DNA from: Isoptericola halotolerans
Lineage (GTDB): Bacteria; Actinomycetota; Actinomycetes; Actinomycetales; Cellulomonadaceae
DNA length: 64,000 bases
Direction of reading: 5' to 3'
Assembly (NCBI RefSeq): GCF_013149785.1
Contig: NZ_JABEZU010000002.1
Location: 62,001-126,000 of the forward strand
Shown one piece after another: positions 18,355 through 27,508 of this stretch. The notes below the pieces were generated by a model, which was not told where the DNA came from, ran no database searches, and saw nothing but the letters and a program-made list of their open reading frames with translations. A program made the position numbers and the translations under genes. Each line of letters starts with the position of its first letter. Position 1 is the stretch's first letter.

Positions 18355-19263
18355 TCAGAGCATCTCACCCAGGGCGACGAGGGTCTCGCTCACGCCGGCG
18401 TCGACCTTGACGGTGGCGAGGGGGTCGCCGCGGGTCTCGCCGCGGTTGACGATGACGACCGGCTGCCCGGCCTTGGCGGCGTGGCGCACGAACCGCAGGC
18501 CGCTCATCACGGTGAGGCTCGTGCCCGCGACCAGCAGGGCGTCGGCGGAGTCGACCAGCGCATAGGCCTGCTCGACGCGGGCGCGGGGAACGTTCTCGCC
18601 GAAGTAGACGATCTCCGGCTTGAGCACCCCGCCGCAGAACTCGCAGTCCGCCGGGCGGAAGTGGGACGTCCTGGCGATGACGGCGTCCGCGTCCGGGGCG
18701 ACCTCGATGTCCGCGACGGTGGTGCCGTCGTCGAGCACGGACTCGACGAAACCGGGGTTGAGCGCGTCGAGGCGCTCGGCCAGGTGGGCGCGGGAGATGG
18801 TGCGGCCGCACTGCAGGCAGATGACGCGGTCGTAGCGTCCGTGCAGGTCGATGACGGTGCGCGAGCCGGCGTCCTCGTGGAGCAGGTCGACGTTCTGGGT
18901 GATGACGCCGCGCACGACGCCGCGCTGCTCCAGCTCGGCGAGCACGCGGTGGCCGGCGTTGGGGTGGGTGCGGTTCACGTGCTGCCAGCCGACGTGGTTG
19001 CGGGCCCAGTAGTGACGGCGGAAGGCGTCGTCGCCGACGAACTGCTGGTACGTCATCGGGTTGCGCGGCGGGGAGTCGGGGCTGCGGTAGTCCGGGATGC
19101 CGGAGTCGGTGGAGATGCCGGCTCCGGTGAGGGCGGTGACCGTGCGGCCCTCGAGCAGGCGGGCGGCGTCGTCGACGGTGCCGTGGTGGATGACGGCGTC
19201 CGGCGGATGCTCCCAGCGGCGTTCCTGGTAGGTGGGGGCGAGCGGCCGGGCGGCGGGTTGCAC
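18355..19263 (-). CDS. NAD-dependent protein deacylase, sirtuin (class II-like)
   Basis: GAGISTDSGIPDYRS, ITQNVDLLH, LHG, CxxC...CxxC, KPEIVYFGE, GTSL. Confidence 0.93.
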   Translation of the reverse strand: MQPAARPLAPTYQERRWEHPPDAVIHHGTVDDAARLLEGRTVTALTGAGISTDSGIPDYRSPDSPPRNPMTYQQFVGDDAFRRHYWARNHVGWQHVNRTHPNAGHRVLAELEQRGVVRGVITQNVDLLHEDAGSRTVIDLHGRYDRVICLQCGRTISRAHLAERLDALNPGFVESVLDDGTTVADIEVAPDADAVIARTSHFRPADCEFCGGVLKPEIVYFGENVPRARVEQAYALVDSADALLVAGTSLTVMSGLRFVRHAAKAGQPVVIVNRGETRGDPLATVKVDAGVSETLVALGEML

Positions 19264-19291
19264 CCTTCGAGAGTACGACGCCGGGCCGCTG

Positions 19292-19348
19292 CGAGCGTCT
19301 CTGTTCGTCAGGATTCAGCCGTCCATTCCTGACGAACAGAGACGCTCG
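19292..19348. repeat. REP-like palindrome, copy 1 of the GAGCGTCTCTG family
   Basis: CGAGCGTCTCTGTTCGTCAGGA ... TCCTGACGAACAGAGACGCTCG, perfect 22-bp arms. Confidence 0.88.
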
Positions 19349-19365
19349 TGGCGAGGTGACGACCC

Positions 19366-19420
19366 TTGACGGAAAGGTGGGAATGCGATTACCGTGTGAG
19401 AAACCGGTTTCTCACACGGT
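19366..19420 (+). promoter_or_regulatory. Sigma-70-type promoter overlapped by a perfect 30-bp palindromic LacI-type operator
   Basis: TTGACG (19366) N18 TACCGT (19390); ACCGTGTGAGAAACC|GGTTTCTCACACGGT at 19391-19420. Confidence 0.72.
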
Positions 19421-19460
19421 CGTTCGACGACGAACGACACATGTCTCGACGAGGAGATCC

Positions 19461-22400
19461 ATGTCATCCACCAGACTCAGGGCGACCGTGGCCGCGGTGA
19501 CCGCCGCCGTGCTCGCCGCCACCTCGATCAGCGCGGCAGCAGCCGCCGGCGCGGAGACCGCGTTCCGTGCCGACGACCTCGCCCCCGGCGCGTACACCAG
19601 CGACGTCGTCGCCGGGGACTTCATCGTCAAGGCCGCCCAGGGCAGCGGCGTCGACGTCGACGGCACCAGCCGCACCTCCGACCGCGGCGAGGCGTTCACC
19701 CAGCGGCTCAAGCTCAACGGTTCCGGGACGGCCGAGCACCGCTCGCTGCAGTTCTCCGTCGACGCCGCCACCGACGTCGTCGTCCACGCGCGCAGCGGCA
19801 GCGGCACCGCCGACCGCGCCCTCGCGCTCTTCGACGAGTCGTGGGCCGTCGTCGACACCGTCCCGGCGCTCGCCGACGACTCGCGGACCCCCGTCGCGAC
19901 CGAGATCCTCGAGGTCCCCGCGGCCGGCACCTACTGGCTCGCCTCGCCCAGCTCGGGGGTCAACGTCTACGCAGCACAGATCGGGCGCGACGACGAGGTC
20001 GAGCGCGCGCCGTGGGTGGACGTCGCCGCACCCGTCGTCGAGGACGTCACCACCGACGCGGACCACCCGGCCCGGCTCGCGGTCTCCTACCACGGGCACG
20101 TCGGCACCGACGGCGCCGACATCGCCCACGCCCTGCTGCTCGACGCCGAGGGCGGGATCGTCGACCGGGCGTTCACCGCGACCCCGGGAGACGGCGGCAC
20201 GATCCGGCTGACGCCGCCGGGCTCGGGGAGCTACGAGGTCGAGGTCCGGCTGACCCGCTCCGGCGAGACCGACGCGCTCAGCTCGCCGCGCGTCGCCGCC
20301 CCGGACTTCTCCCTGCCTCTGGTCGCCCCCGAGGTCACCAGCGCGCTGACCAGCGCCGTCGACGGCGACCAGGCCACCGTCGCGCTCGTGTGGTCGGCCG
20401 TCCCCGAGGCCGAGAGCTACTCCGTGTCGACCAGCCAGGACGGCGAGTTCAGCACCGTCGTCGACGGCGTGACGGGGACCTCCGCCGACGTGCCCGGGTT
20501 CACGGCGGGGGAGACCTACCAGGTCCGCGTGACCGCGCACCGCGGCGACGACCGGACGACCGGCCCGGCGTACGACGTCGAGGTCGCCGGCGCCGTCGAA
20601 CGCTGGCAGTCCGCCGACGTCGGCTCCAACGCCGGGTCCGGCGGCTCGGTGACCGACAACGGCGACGGGACCATCACCTTCGACGCCCGGGCCAGCTCCA
20701 CCAAGCTCGCCTCCTCCGAGGACGGCTTCCAGTACTACTTCACGCGGATCGACCCCGAGACCGAGAACTTCACCCTGACCGCGACGTTCCACGTGGACGA
20801 CGCCTCGGCCAAGGACAACCAGTCCGGGTTCGGCGTGATCGCCCTCGACGACCTCGTCACCGAGTCCTCCCCGCACCGGTACTTCAACTCCGCCGGTGCG
20901 CTGGTGACTCGCTACGGCACCGCGCCGGACTTCGTCAACGGCACCCCGGGCGCCCGGTGGGTGCAGGGATACACCGGTGCCACCGACGACAACACCGCCG
21001 GCGCGCGGTACCAGGACGACTCGGTCGAGTTCGACCCCGAGTACCGCACCGAGGCCGGTACGGCGGCGAAGTTCGAGACCGGGGACGTCTACGAGCTCAG
21101 CCTGCGCCGGTCGAACACCGGATTCCACGCGACGTGGCACCGCGACGGTGACGACGACGTCGCGGTCATCCACTACGACCCCGAGATGCTGCTGCAGCAG
21201 AACGGCGACGAGCTCTACGTCGGCATGGCCGTGGCCCGCAAGATCGCCGTGACCGTCACCGACTGGCAGCTCACCACCGTCCACCCCGACGACGACGAGG
21301 CGGCGCAGGAGCCACCCACGCGCTACGTGCCGACCACCCTGTCGGTGGACGTCACGCCCACCACCCCCGAGAGCGAGCTCGACCTGCCGCTGGTGACGAA
21401 CTTCTACGGCACCGGGCAGATCCTCGACGCCGACGGCGACGTCGTCGTCGACGGGCTGGAGCTCGAGCCCGGCGAGCAGCAGCTCGGCACCGTGGCCCTG
21501 GAGGCCGGGGTCAACGAGTTCACCGCGCGCGCCGTGCCGGGGGACGACCAGCCGCACCTGCGCGAGCGCGAGGAGCTGGAGTCCACCGACCCGGTCGAGA
21601 CCGCGGTCACCATCACCGTCGACTCCTACGGGCAGCCCGGCGAGTCGATCCGCGTGGCACCCGACGGCACGCCCGACGGCGACGGCACCGACGAGAGCCC
21701 GCTCGACCTCCACACGGCCGTCGGGTTCGCCCAGCCCGGTCAGCAGATCGTGCTGGACGGCGGGACGTACCGCCCGACGTCGGCGGTGGTGGCGCACCGC
21801 GGCCGCAGCGGGACCCCGGACGCCCCGATCACGCTGATGTCCGCCCCCGGCGAGCGCGCCGTGCTGGACCTCAACGACTCACGAGGCGGCGGGATCATCA
21901 TCCGCGGCGACTGGTGGCACGTGTACGACCTCGAGGTCACCGGCTCCCGGGACAAGGAGAAGCCGATGCTCGTCCAGGGCCACCACAACGTGGTCGAGCG
22001 GGTCGAGGCGCACCACAACCGCGACACCGGCATCCAGATCTCCGGCTCGGAGTCCGAGCCTCCCTCGATGTGGCCCACGCACAACCTCGTGGTCTCCTCG
22101 GTGTCGCACAACAATGCCGACGACGCCAAGAACGACGCCGACGGTTTCGCCGCGAAGCTCACCGTCGGCGAGGGCAACGTGTTCCGGTACAACATCGCGC
22201 ACCACAACATCGACGACGGCTGGGACCTGTTCGCCAAGTCGACCACCGGGCCCATCGGCACGGTGGTCGTCGAGGACTCCGTCGCGTACGACAACGGGTG
22301 GCTCGAGTCCGACCCGACCGACATCGGCGAGGGCAACGGGTTCAAGCTCGGCGGCGAGTCCATGCCGGGCGACCACCTGCTGCGCAACTCCGTGGCGTAC

Positions 22401-23207
22401 GGCAACGCCGGCGTCGGCGTCTCGTCGAACTCCGGCCCGGACATCCGGCTCGACGGCGTCACGACCGTCGACAACGCCCGGGGCGTCCGCCTGGAGACCA
22501 ACGCCGCCACCAGCGCCTACGAGGCCGCTGGGGTGATGTCCTGGAACACCGCGTCGGACGCGCTCGGGCTCAAGCAGGACGACACCTCGATGCTGACCGA
22601 CCCGACGAACTACTTCAGCGGGACGGCGCAGGACGCCTCGGACGGGCGACCCGCCGCCGTCGACGCCGACTGGTTCGTCACCCGGGACACCGAGAACCTG
22701 CGCCCGGAGATCGCCGCGGACGGGTCGATCGAGATGCACGGCCTGTACGAGCTGACGGACGTGGCGCCGTCGGACACCGGTGCTCGGCTGACCGCGAACC
22801 CGGACCCGACCGTCGTCGAGCTGCTGCCGCCGGTCTCCGGCGACGGCGCCGAGCCCGGTCCCGCTCCCTGGTACGCGACCGGCGTCTACCTGGCCGGCGA
22901 CGTCGTCCAGCACGACGGCGTGGTCTACGAGGCCCGGTGGTGGACCCGCAACCAGGAGCCGGGCGACACCGTCACCCGGGGCCGGTCGCACGTCGAGGCG
23001 ACCGGCCCGTGGGCCGAGGTCGGCCCCGCCGAGGCGGCTCCCGCCGTCGTCGGGTGCGCAGAGGCCTGGGATCCCGCGACCGTGTACCGCGGCGGGGAGC
23101 TCGTGGCGCACGACGGCGTGAACCACCACGCGCTGTGGTGGACGACCGGGCAGGAGCCCGGGACCGACCCCTGGGGAGCCTGGTCCGCCGTGGGGCCGTG
23201 CGCGTGA
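19461..23207 (+). CDS. Secreted multidomain polysaccharide lyase family 9 (pectate lyase-like) with FN3 and tandem CBM5/12-like modules
   Basis: Signal peptide; GAGGAG RBS; beta-helix motifs NRDTGIQISG, DADGFAAKL, NIDDGWDLF, GNGFKLGG; C-terminal W..Y..GD.V...YEARWWT modules. Confidence 0.85.
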   Translation: MSSTRLRATVAAVTAAVLAATSISAAAAAGAETAFRADDLAPGAYTSDVVAGDFIVKAAQGSGVDVDGTSRTSDRGEAFTQRLKLNGSGTAEHRSLQFSVDAATDVVVHARSGSGTADRALALFDESWAVVDTVPALADDSRTPVATEILEVPAAGTYWLASPSSGVNVYAAQIGRDDEVERAPWVDVAAPVVEDVTTDADHPARLAVSYHGHVGTDGADIAHALLLDAEGGIVDRAFTATPGDGGTIRLTPPGSGSYEVEVRLTRSGETDALSSPRVAAPDFSLPLVAPEVTSALTSAVDGDQATVALVWSAVPEAESYSVSTSQDGEFSTVVDGVTGTSADVPGFTAGETYQVRVTAHRGDDRTTGPAYDVEVAGAVERWQSADVGSNAGSGGSVTDNGDGTITFDARASSTKLASSEDGFQYYFTRIDPETENFTLTATFHVDDASAKDNQSGFGVIALDDLVTESSPHRYFNSAGALVTRYGTAPDFVNGTPGARWVQGYTGATDDNTAGARYQDDSVEFDPEYRTEAGTAAKFETGDVYELSLRRSNTGFHATWHRDGDDDVAVIHYDPEMLLQQNGDELYVGMAVARKIAVTVTDWQLTTVHPDDDEAAQEPPTRYVPTTLSVDVTPTTPESELDLPLVTNFYGTGQILDADGDVVVDGLELEPGEQQLGTVALEAGVNEFTARAVPGDDQPHLREREELESTDPVETAVTITVDSYGQPGESIRVAPDGTPDGDGTDESPLDLHTAVGFAQPGQQIVLDGGTYRPTSAVVAHRGRSGTPDAPITLMSAPGERAVLDLNDSRGGGIIIRGDWWHVYDLEVTGSRDKEKPMLVQGHHNVVERVEAHHNRDTGIQISGSESEPPSMWPTHNLVVSSVSHNNADDAKNDADGFAAKLTVGEGNVFRYNIAHHNIDDGWDLFAKSTTGPIGTVVVEDSVAYDNGWLESDPTDIGEGNGFKLGGESMPGDHLLRNSVAYGNAGVGVSSNSGPDIRLDGVTTVDNARGVRLETNAATSAYEAAGVMSWNTASDALGLKQDDTSMLTDPTNYFSGTAQDASDGRPAAVDADWFVTRDTENLRPEIAADGSIEMHGLYELTDVAPSDTGARLTANPDPTVVELLPPVSGDGAEPGPAPWYATGVYLAGDVVQHDGVVYEARWWTRNQEPGDTVTRGRSHVEATGPWAEVGPAEAAPAVVGCAEAWDPATVYRGGELVAHDGVNHHALWWTTGQEPGTDPWGAWSAVGPCA

Positions 23208-23223
23208 CGCGCTGACACGGCTC

Positions 23224-23286
23224 CGACGAGCGTCTCTGTCCGTCCCTCATCCCGCGCTGATCAGGGACGGACAGAGACGCTCGTCG
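23224..23286. repeat. REP-like palindrome, copy 2 of the GAGCGTCTCTG family
   Basis: CGACGAGCGTCTCTGTCCGTCCCT ... AGGGACGGACAGAGACGCTCGTCG, perfect 24-bp arms. Confidence 0.88.
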
Positions 23287-23375
23287 CGCGCGGTCGCCTG
23301 CACAACCGGTCCGTCCTAGCGTGGAAGGAGGCCGGTCCAGCCACGGGCCGGGCTGCTCCGAGGACGGAGGGCACG

Positions 23376-23618
23376 ATGGCCACCTGCGACATGTGCGGCA
23401 ACGACTACGCACGGGCGTTCACGATCACCAGGGCGGACGGCGCGAGCGGCGTCTACGACTCCTTCGAGTGCGCCACCCATGCGATGGCCCCACGCTGCGG
23501 CCACTGCGGCTGCATGGTGCTGGGGCACGGCGTGGACGTCGATGACGAGACGTTCTGCTGCAGCCACTGCGCGCGGCAGTCCACGGGAGCGGACATCACC
23601 GACAGCGTCGGGGTCTGA
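23376..23618 (+). CDS. Small Cys/His-rich putative metal-binding protein (prokaryotic metallothionein-like)
   Basis: 9 Cys in 80 aa: CDMC, FEC, CGHCGC, FCCSHC; GGAGG RBS. Confidence 0.8.
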   Translation: MATCDMCGNDYARAFTITRADGASGVYDSFECATHAMAPRCGHCGCMVLGHGVDVDDETFCCSHCARQSTGADITDSVGV

Positions 23619-23655
23619 CCTTCCGCACCACCCGCGGCGCGCGGCGGCGTCGTCG

Positions 23656-24318
23656 TCAGCCGACGGGCGTCGCCGCGGGCGGCGCCTTGAGGACCGCGAG
23701 CACCCGGGACGCCTCGAAGGGGCGGTCGGGGGAGGCGCTCGAGTCCACCTCCCGCACCACGTGCTGGGACAGGGTTCGCAGGGGGACGTTGGAGTGGTTG
23801 GAGCTCCGTCGCAGGACGCTGAACGCCTCGTCGTCGTCGACCTCGAGGGCGAGGCGGACGAGGATCTTGGCCTGCTCGATGTCACGACGGCTGCTGGCCG
23901 CGGCGCGGATCGAGGCGTCGGCCTGCTCCGCGGCGAAGCGGGAGACGCTGTCGGTCAGGTCGTGGACGAAGCTGGCGATCGAGACCGTCGTGCCGCGCTC
24001 GTCGCGGCGGCCCTCACCGACGACCGAGACGACGTGCGCCTCGCTGTGCACGTCGAGGATGCGGTGCACGGTGGAGAACGGTTCCCCGGTGCGGCGCGCG
24101 TCGTCGAGGACGTGGCGCTCCGTGTCGCGGTCGTCCGGATGCTTGTGCGCCAGCACCATCTCGGTGGTGGGGACGACCTCGCCCGGTTCGAAGCCATGGA
24201 TGCGGTAGGTCTCGTCCGACCACCACCAGGTCTCGGTGTCGAGATCGACCTGGTAACGGCCCGGGCGTGTGCGGTCTGCTCGGGAGTGCCGGGTCTCGGT
24301 CGGTGTCGTCGAAGTCAT
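23656..24318 (-). CDS. PAS and ANTAR domain protein
   Basis: PAS_3-like WWWSDETYRIHG...HKHPDDR; ANTAR IEQAKILV...EAFSVLRRSSNHSNVPLR. Confidence 0.88.
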   Translation of the reverse strand: MTSTTPTETRHSRADRTRPGRYQVDLDTETWWWSDETYRIHGFEPGEVVPTTEMVLAHKHPDDRDTERHVLDDARRTGEPFSTVHRILDVHSEAHVVSVVGEGRRDERGTTVSIASFVHDLTDSVSRFAAEQADASIRAAASSRRDIEQAKILVRLALEVDDDEAFSVLRRSSNHSNVPLRTLSQHVVREVDSSASPDRPFEASRVLAVLKAPPAATPVG

Positions 24319-24563
24319 CGGGTCCTCCTTCGTCGGTGCCCCCGTCGTGGATGGATCTCGGTCTCGTTACCGAAACGTTATCTGGATTGACTCCAGAGCT
24401 CAGTGCGAGCGACGCCTGCCCGCCTGATCATCACGAACTCCTCACGGCTGTCGCCCTCGGTCAGGTGACCCTGGCGCTTCCTCTGTGGCACCGCTAATGT
24501 GCAGGGAACCGAACAAACCCGGTACCGGGTGCTCGGCACCCGGAGGAAGCAGTGAGGCTCCCG

Positions 24564-26315
24564 ATGAGACAGAAGTCCCGCGCCCTGTTCGCCCTGACCG
24601 CGACGACCACCGCCGTCGGCCTCGCCGCCGGTGCCCTTGCCGCCGGGCCGGCGTCAGCCGCCCCGCCCGACCGCGGTGCTCCCGACGGGAGCTCCACCCA
24701 CGACGCCGACGGCGTCAACGGCTACACGACCCTCGGCTACTTCCCGGCCTGGGCCTCCGGCGAGGCCCACGACTACGAGGTCGCCGACCTGGTGCGGACC
24801 GGCGCCGCCGCCGACCTCACCCATCTCACCTACGCGTTCGGCAACGTCACCACCGACCTCGTGTGCGACATCAGCGACGGTGTCGTCCCCGACGACGGCG
24901 TCGATCCCGGAGAGCCGGAGGGCGACCCCGAGAACGACTACCTGCGGCTGATCGGCGCGGAGGACTCCGTCGACGGCGTGGCCGACGTCGAGGGCCAGGC
25001 GCTCGCCGGGAACTTCAACCAGCTCCGCAAGCTCAAGGAGATCTACCCGGACCTGAAGATCATGGTCTCCCTGGGCGGGTGGACCTGGTCCGACAACTTC
25101 TCCGAGGCGGCGCTTACGCCGGAGAGCCGCGAACGGCTCGTCGACTCGTGCCTGGACATCTACCTGGACGGCAACCTGCCCGTCTACGGCGACCAGGGCG
25201 GTCCGGGGGTCGCGGCCGGGATCTTCGACGGGTTCGACATGGACTGGGAGTGGCCCGGCGCCGACGGTGAGCACCCGACACCGCACCCCGACGTCGACCA
25301 GGAGAACTTCCTGGCGCTCATGGAGCTGTTCCGCGAGAAGCTCGACGAGCGCACCGCGGACACCGGCGACGAGTACCTGCTGACCGGCTTCGCCCCGGCC
25401 GGCTGGGCCCCGCGCACGAACGGGGGCTGGGTGGACCCGCGGCTGGCCGCCGTCGTCGACTTCCTCAACGTCCAGGGCTACGACTACCACGGCACCTGGG
25501 TCGCCGACCGGACTGGCCACCAGGGCAACCTGCACCCCTACTCGTGGCCCGACGCACCGGACCAGGACGCCAACTGGGGGCTCGCCGTCGACGGCCTGCT
25601 CGCTGCCTACCGCGCCGCCGGGTACCGCGACGAGCAGATCGTGCTCGGCCTCGCCGCCTACGGGCAGGGTTGGTCCGGGGTGGAGGACCCGACGCCCGGT
25701 GCACCGGCCGGTGGGGCGATCGGCGTGAAGAACTACTCCGCGCTGCGCACGGTGGGCACCGAGTACTACGACGCCGACGCCGTGGCCTCCTACCGGTGGG
25801 ACGGCGACCAGTGGTGGAGCCTCGACACGCCGCGGTCGGTGACCGCCAAGGCCGAGTGGCTCGCCGAGAACGGGTACGGGGGCGCCTACTTCTGGGACAT
25901 CGCCGGCGACTACGACAACGAGCTGACCGGCGCGCTGGCCGACACGTTCCGCGCGGCGACGCCGGGACCTCTGGTTGTCGGGGAGGGCGCCGCGCCCTGG
26001 TACGCCTCCGGGGTGTACACCACCGGCGACGTCGTGTCGCACAACGGTGTCGAGTACGAGGCGAAGTGGTGGACGCGGAACCAGGAGCCGGGTACCGCTG
26101 CGAAGCGCGGCCCGTGGCGCGAGATCGGGGTGCACGGGGACAACCCCGTGGCGGCCGAGCCGTGCGGGGCGGCCTTCGACCCGTCGGCGACCTACACCTC
26201 CGGCGACGTGGTCTCGCGCGCCGGGGTGAACCACGCCGCGATGTGGTGGACCCGCGGAGAGGTGCCCGGGACGTCGGTCACCGGCGCCTGGGACGCAGGG
26301 GTGCCCTGCGCCTGA
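24564..26315 (+). CDS. Secreted GH18 chitinase with tandem CBM5/12-like modules (start 24552 or 24564)
   Basis: Signal peptide, LTHLTYAFG, SLGGWTWS, FDGFDMDWEWP catalytic DxDxE, YDYHG; C-terminal YEAKWWT modules. Confidence 0.92.
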   Translation: MRQKSRALFALTATTTAVGLAAGALAAGPASAAPPDRGAPDGSSTHDADGVNGYTTLGYFPAWASGEAHDYEVADLVRTGAAADLTHLTYAFGNVTTDLVCDISDGVVPDDGVDPGEPEGDPENDYLRLIGAEDSVDGVADVEGQALAGNFNQLRKLKEIYPDLKIMVSLGGWTWSDNFSEAALTPESRERLVDSCLDIYLDGNLPVYGDQGGPGVAAGIFDGFDMDWEWPGADGEHPTPHPDVDQENFLALMELFREKLDERTADTGDEYLLTGFAPAGWAPRTNGGWVDPRLAAVVDFLNVQGYDYHGTWVADRTGHQGNLHPYSWPDAPDQDANWGLAVDGLLAAYRAAGYRDEQIVLGLAAYGQGWSGVEDPTPGAPAGGAIGVKNYSALRTVGTEYYDADAVASYRWDGDQWWSLDTPRSVTAKAEWLAENGYGGAYFWDIAGDYDNELTGALADTFRAATPGPLVVGEGAAPWYASGVYTTGDVVSHNGVEYEAKWWTRNQEPGTAAKRGPWREIGVHGDNPVAAEPCGAAFDPSATYTSGDVVSRAGVNHAAMWWTRGEVPGTSVTGAWDAGVPCA

Positions 26316-26332
26316 GGGCCCCTCTCATCCCT

Positions 26333-26411
26333 TCCCGCGAAGTAGTACCTCCGGTCGCGCGGTCGTACCCCCGGGGTACTTCCCCGCGACCTGCGGTACT
26401 ACTTCGCGGGA
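26333..26411. repeat. Long imperfect hairpin after the chitinase gene
   Basis: TCCCGCGAAGTAGTACC ... GGTACTACTTCGCGGGA outer arms, with inner GGTCGCG/CGCGACC and GTACCCC/GGGGTAC stems. Confidence 0.75.
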
Positions 26412-26499
26412 CGTCTCGGTGGTGACCGACGTCGCAGGGCCGCGGATTTCGCGGATACGGGCTGGTTCGGTATCCTCGGTGGGCCGGTTCGTCCGGCGA

Positions 26500-26589
26500 G
26501 GTAGCGTGTCCGAGCGGCCGAAGGTGCAGCACTCGAAATGCTGTGTGGTGTCAAAGCCACCGTGGGTTCAAATCCCACCGCTACCGCCA
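26500..26589 (+). tRNA. tRNA-Ser(CGA)
   Basis: GGTAGCG/CGCTACC acceptor stem, anticodon arm CAGCA-CTCGAAA-TGCTG, long variable arm, GTTCAAATC T-loop, encoded CCA. Confidence 0.96.
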
Positions 26590-26591
26590 CC

Positions 26592-26635
26592 CGAAGGGCC
26601 CCACCCGCAAGATTCTGCGGATGTGGGGCCCTTCG
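26592..26635 (+). terminator. Hairpin directly after tRNA-Ser
   Basis: CGAAGGGCCCCAC ... GTGGGGCCCTTCG. Confidence 0.7.
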
Positions 26636-27047
26636 TCGGTCCAGCACTTTGTCCGCTGCGCGTGTCCGGTCAGCCGATCGACGGACCCGCAGCATCGTCG
26701 GCCGTCCGTACCGCAAGTTGGTTGATGACCTCGCGCGTGTACGGGGGGATTGGCGACTCAGGTCGCGGGGCTTTTCGTCGGTGCGGGCGACGGCGAGGCA
26801 TGCGGGTCACTAGAGATGGTCACGCTCCTCATGGGGCACCACCGGGTCACCGACGTGCCGAGCCGCCAGACTGCTGACGCGGACCTCGGCGCGGACTTCC
26901 CTGTCGTCGGCGACCAGCGCCTCGTGGACGCGCTGACTGACCTGGGCTATCGCGGCCGGGCACGTACTGCGGTGCGCCCCCTCGGGGCAGTAGCGAGATC
27001 TCGGGACGAAGCCGGGTTCCGACGTGACGTCGTGCGAACCTTGCTCT

Positions 27048-27401
27048 GTGGATCAGGTCTATGTGTACACGGTGGAGGACGGCCGCGCGGAGTGCTGGAG
27101 GGCTGAGATCGCCGTCCATGCCGATAGCCCAGCCAGCGCGTTCCGTACCCTTCGAGACGCAGGTCTGAGGAAGTCCCAGTTCGACGGTTCCACGCGGCCG
27201 ACTCGTGTGACACCTCGTGCGGAGTTCGACGACGATCTGTTCGGGGTGAGGGGGATAGCCCGCAGGCAGTCCGAGGATGAAGGTTGGGAACCGTGGGCAG
27301 CCGTCCCCGAGGGCTTCTGCCTGAACTGGAGGGACTCTGGGGCCGTGGGACTGCACAACCCGATCGGCGGCGGCTTCCGACGAGCGCACCCGCGAGATTG
27401 A
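27048..27401 (+). CDS. Hypothetical protein in a lower-GC patch (start uncertain)
   Basis: Open frame with globular-looking composition (DQVYVYTVEDGRAECWRAEIAV...); codon usage unlike neighbours. Confidence 0.4.
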   Translation: MDQVYVYTVEDGRAECWRAEIAVHADSPASAFRTLRDAGLRKSQFDGSTRPTRVTPRAEFDDDLFGVRGIARRQSEDEGWEPWAAVPEGFCLNWRDSGAVGLHNPIGGGFRRAHPRD

Positions 27402-27508
27402 CTCACCTGGAACGAGCCGTGGAGTCGCGAACTAGGTGAGCCGATCGATGGCAGCCGGTGCGCGTCCGCCGCGACGCGCAGGTCGACGGCTGACCCGGCG
27501 GCACGCCG

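Noticed and set aside
16252..19332. 1026-aa plus-strand ORF and similar long ORFs (e.g. 33155-36364, 19464-21797, 5665-7653)
   Set aside because: Antisense or off-frame shadows of well-supported genes; stop-poor frames are expected at this GC content and show no motifs
24360..24400. Possible DasR (dre) site upstream of the chitinase (CTGGA-TTGAC-TCCAG)
   Set aside because: Spacing and core do not fit the TGGTCTAGACCA consensus; too weak to call
26750..27106. 118-aa ORF after the tRNA
   Set aside because: No RBS or recognisable motif and it overlaps other weak ORFs; a gene fragment cannot be excluded
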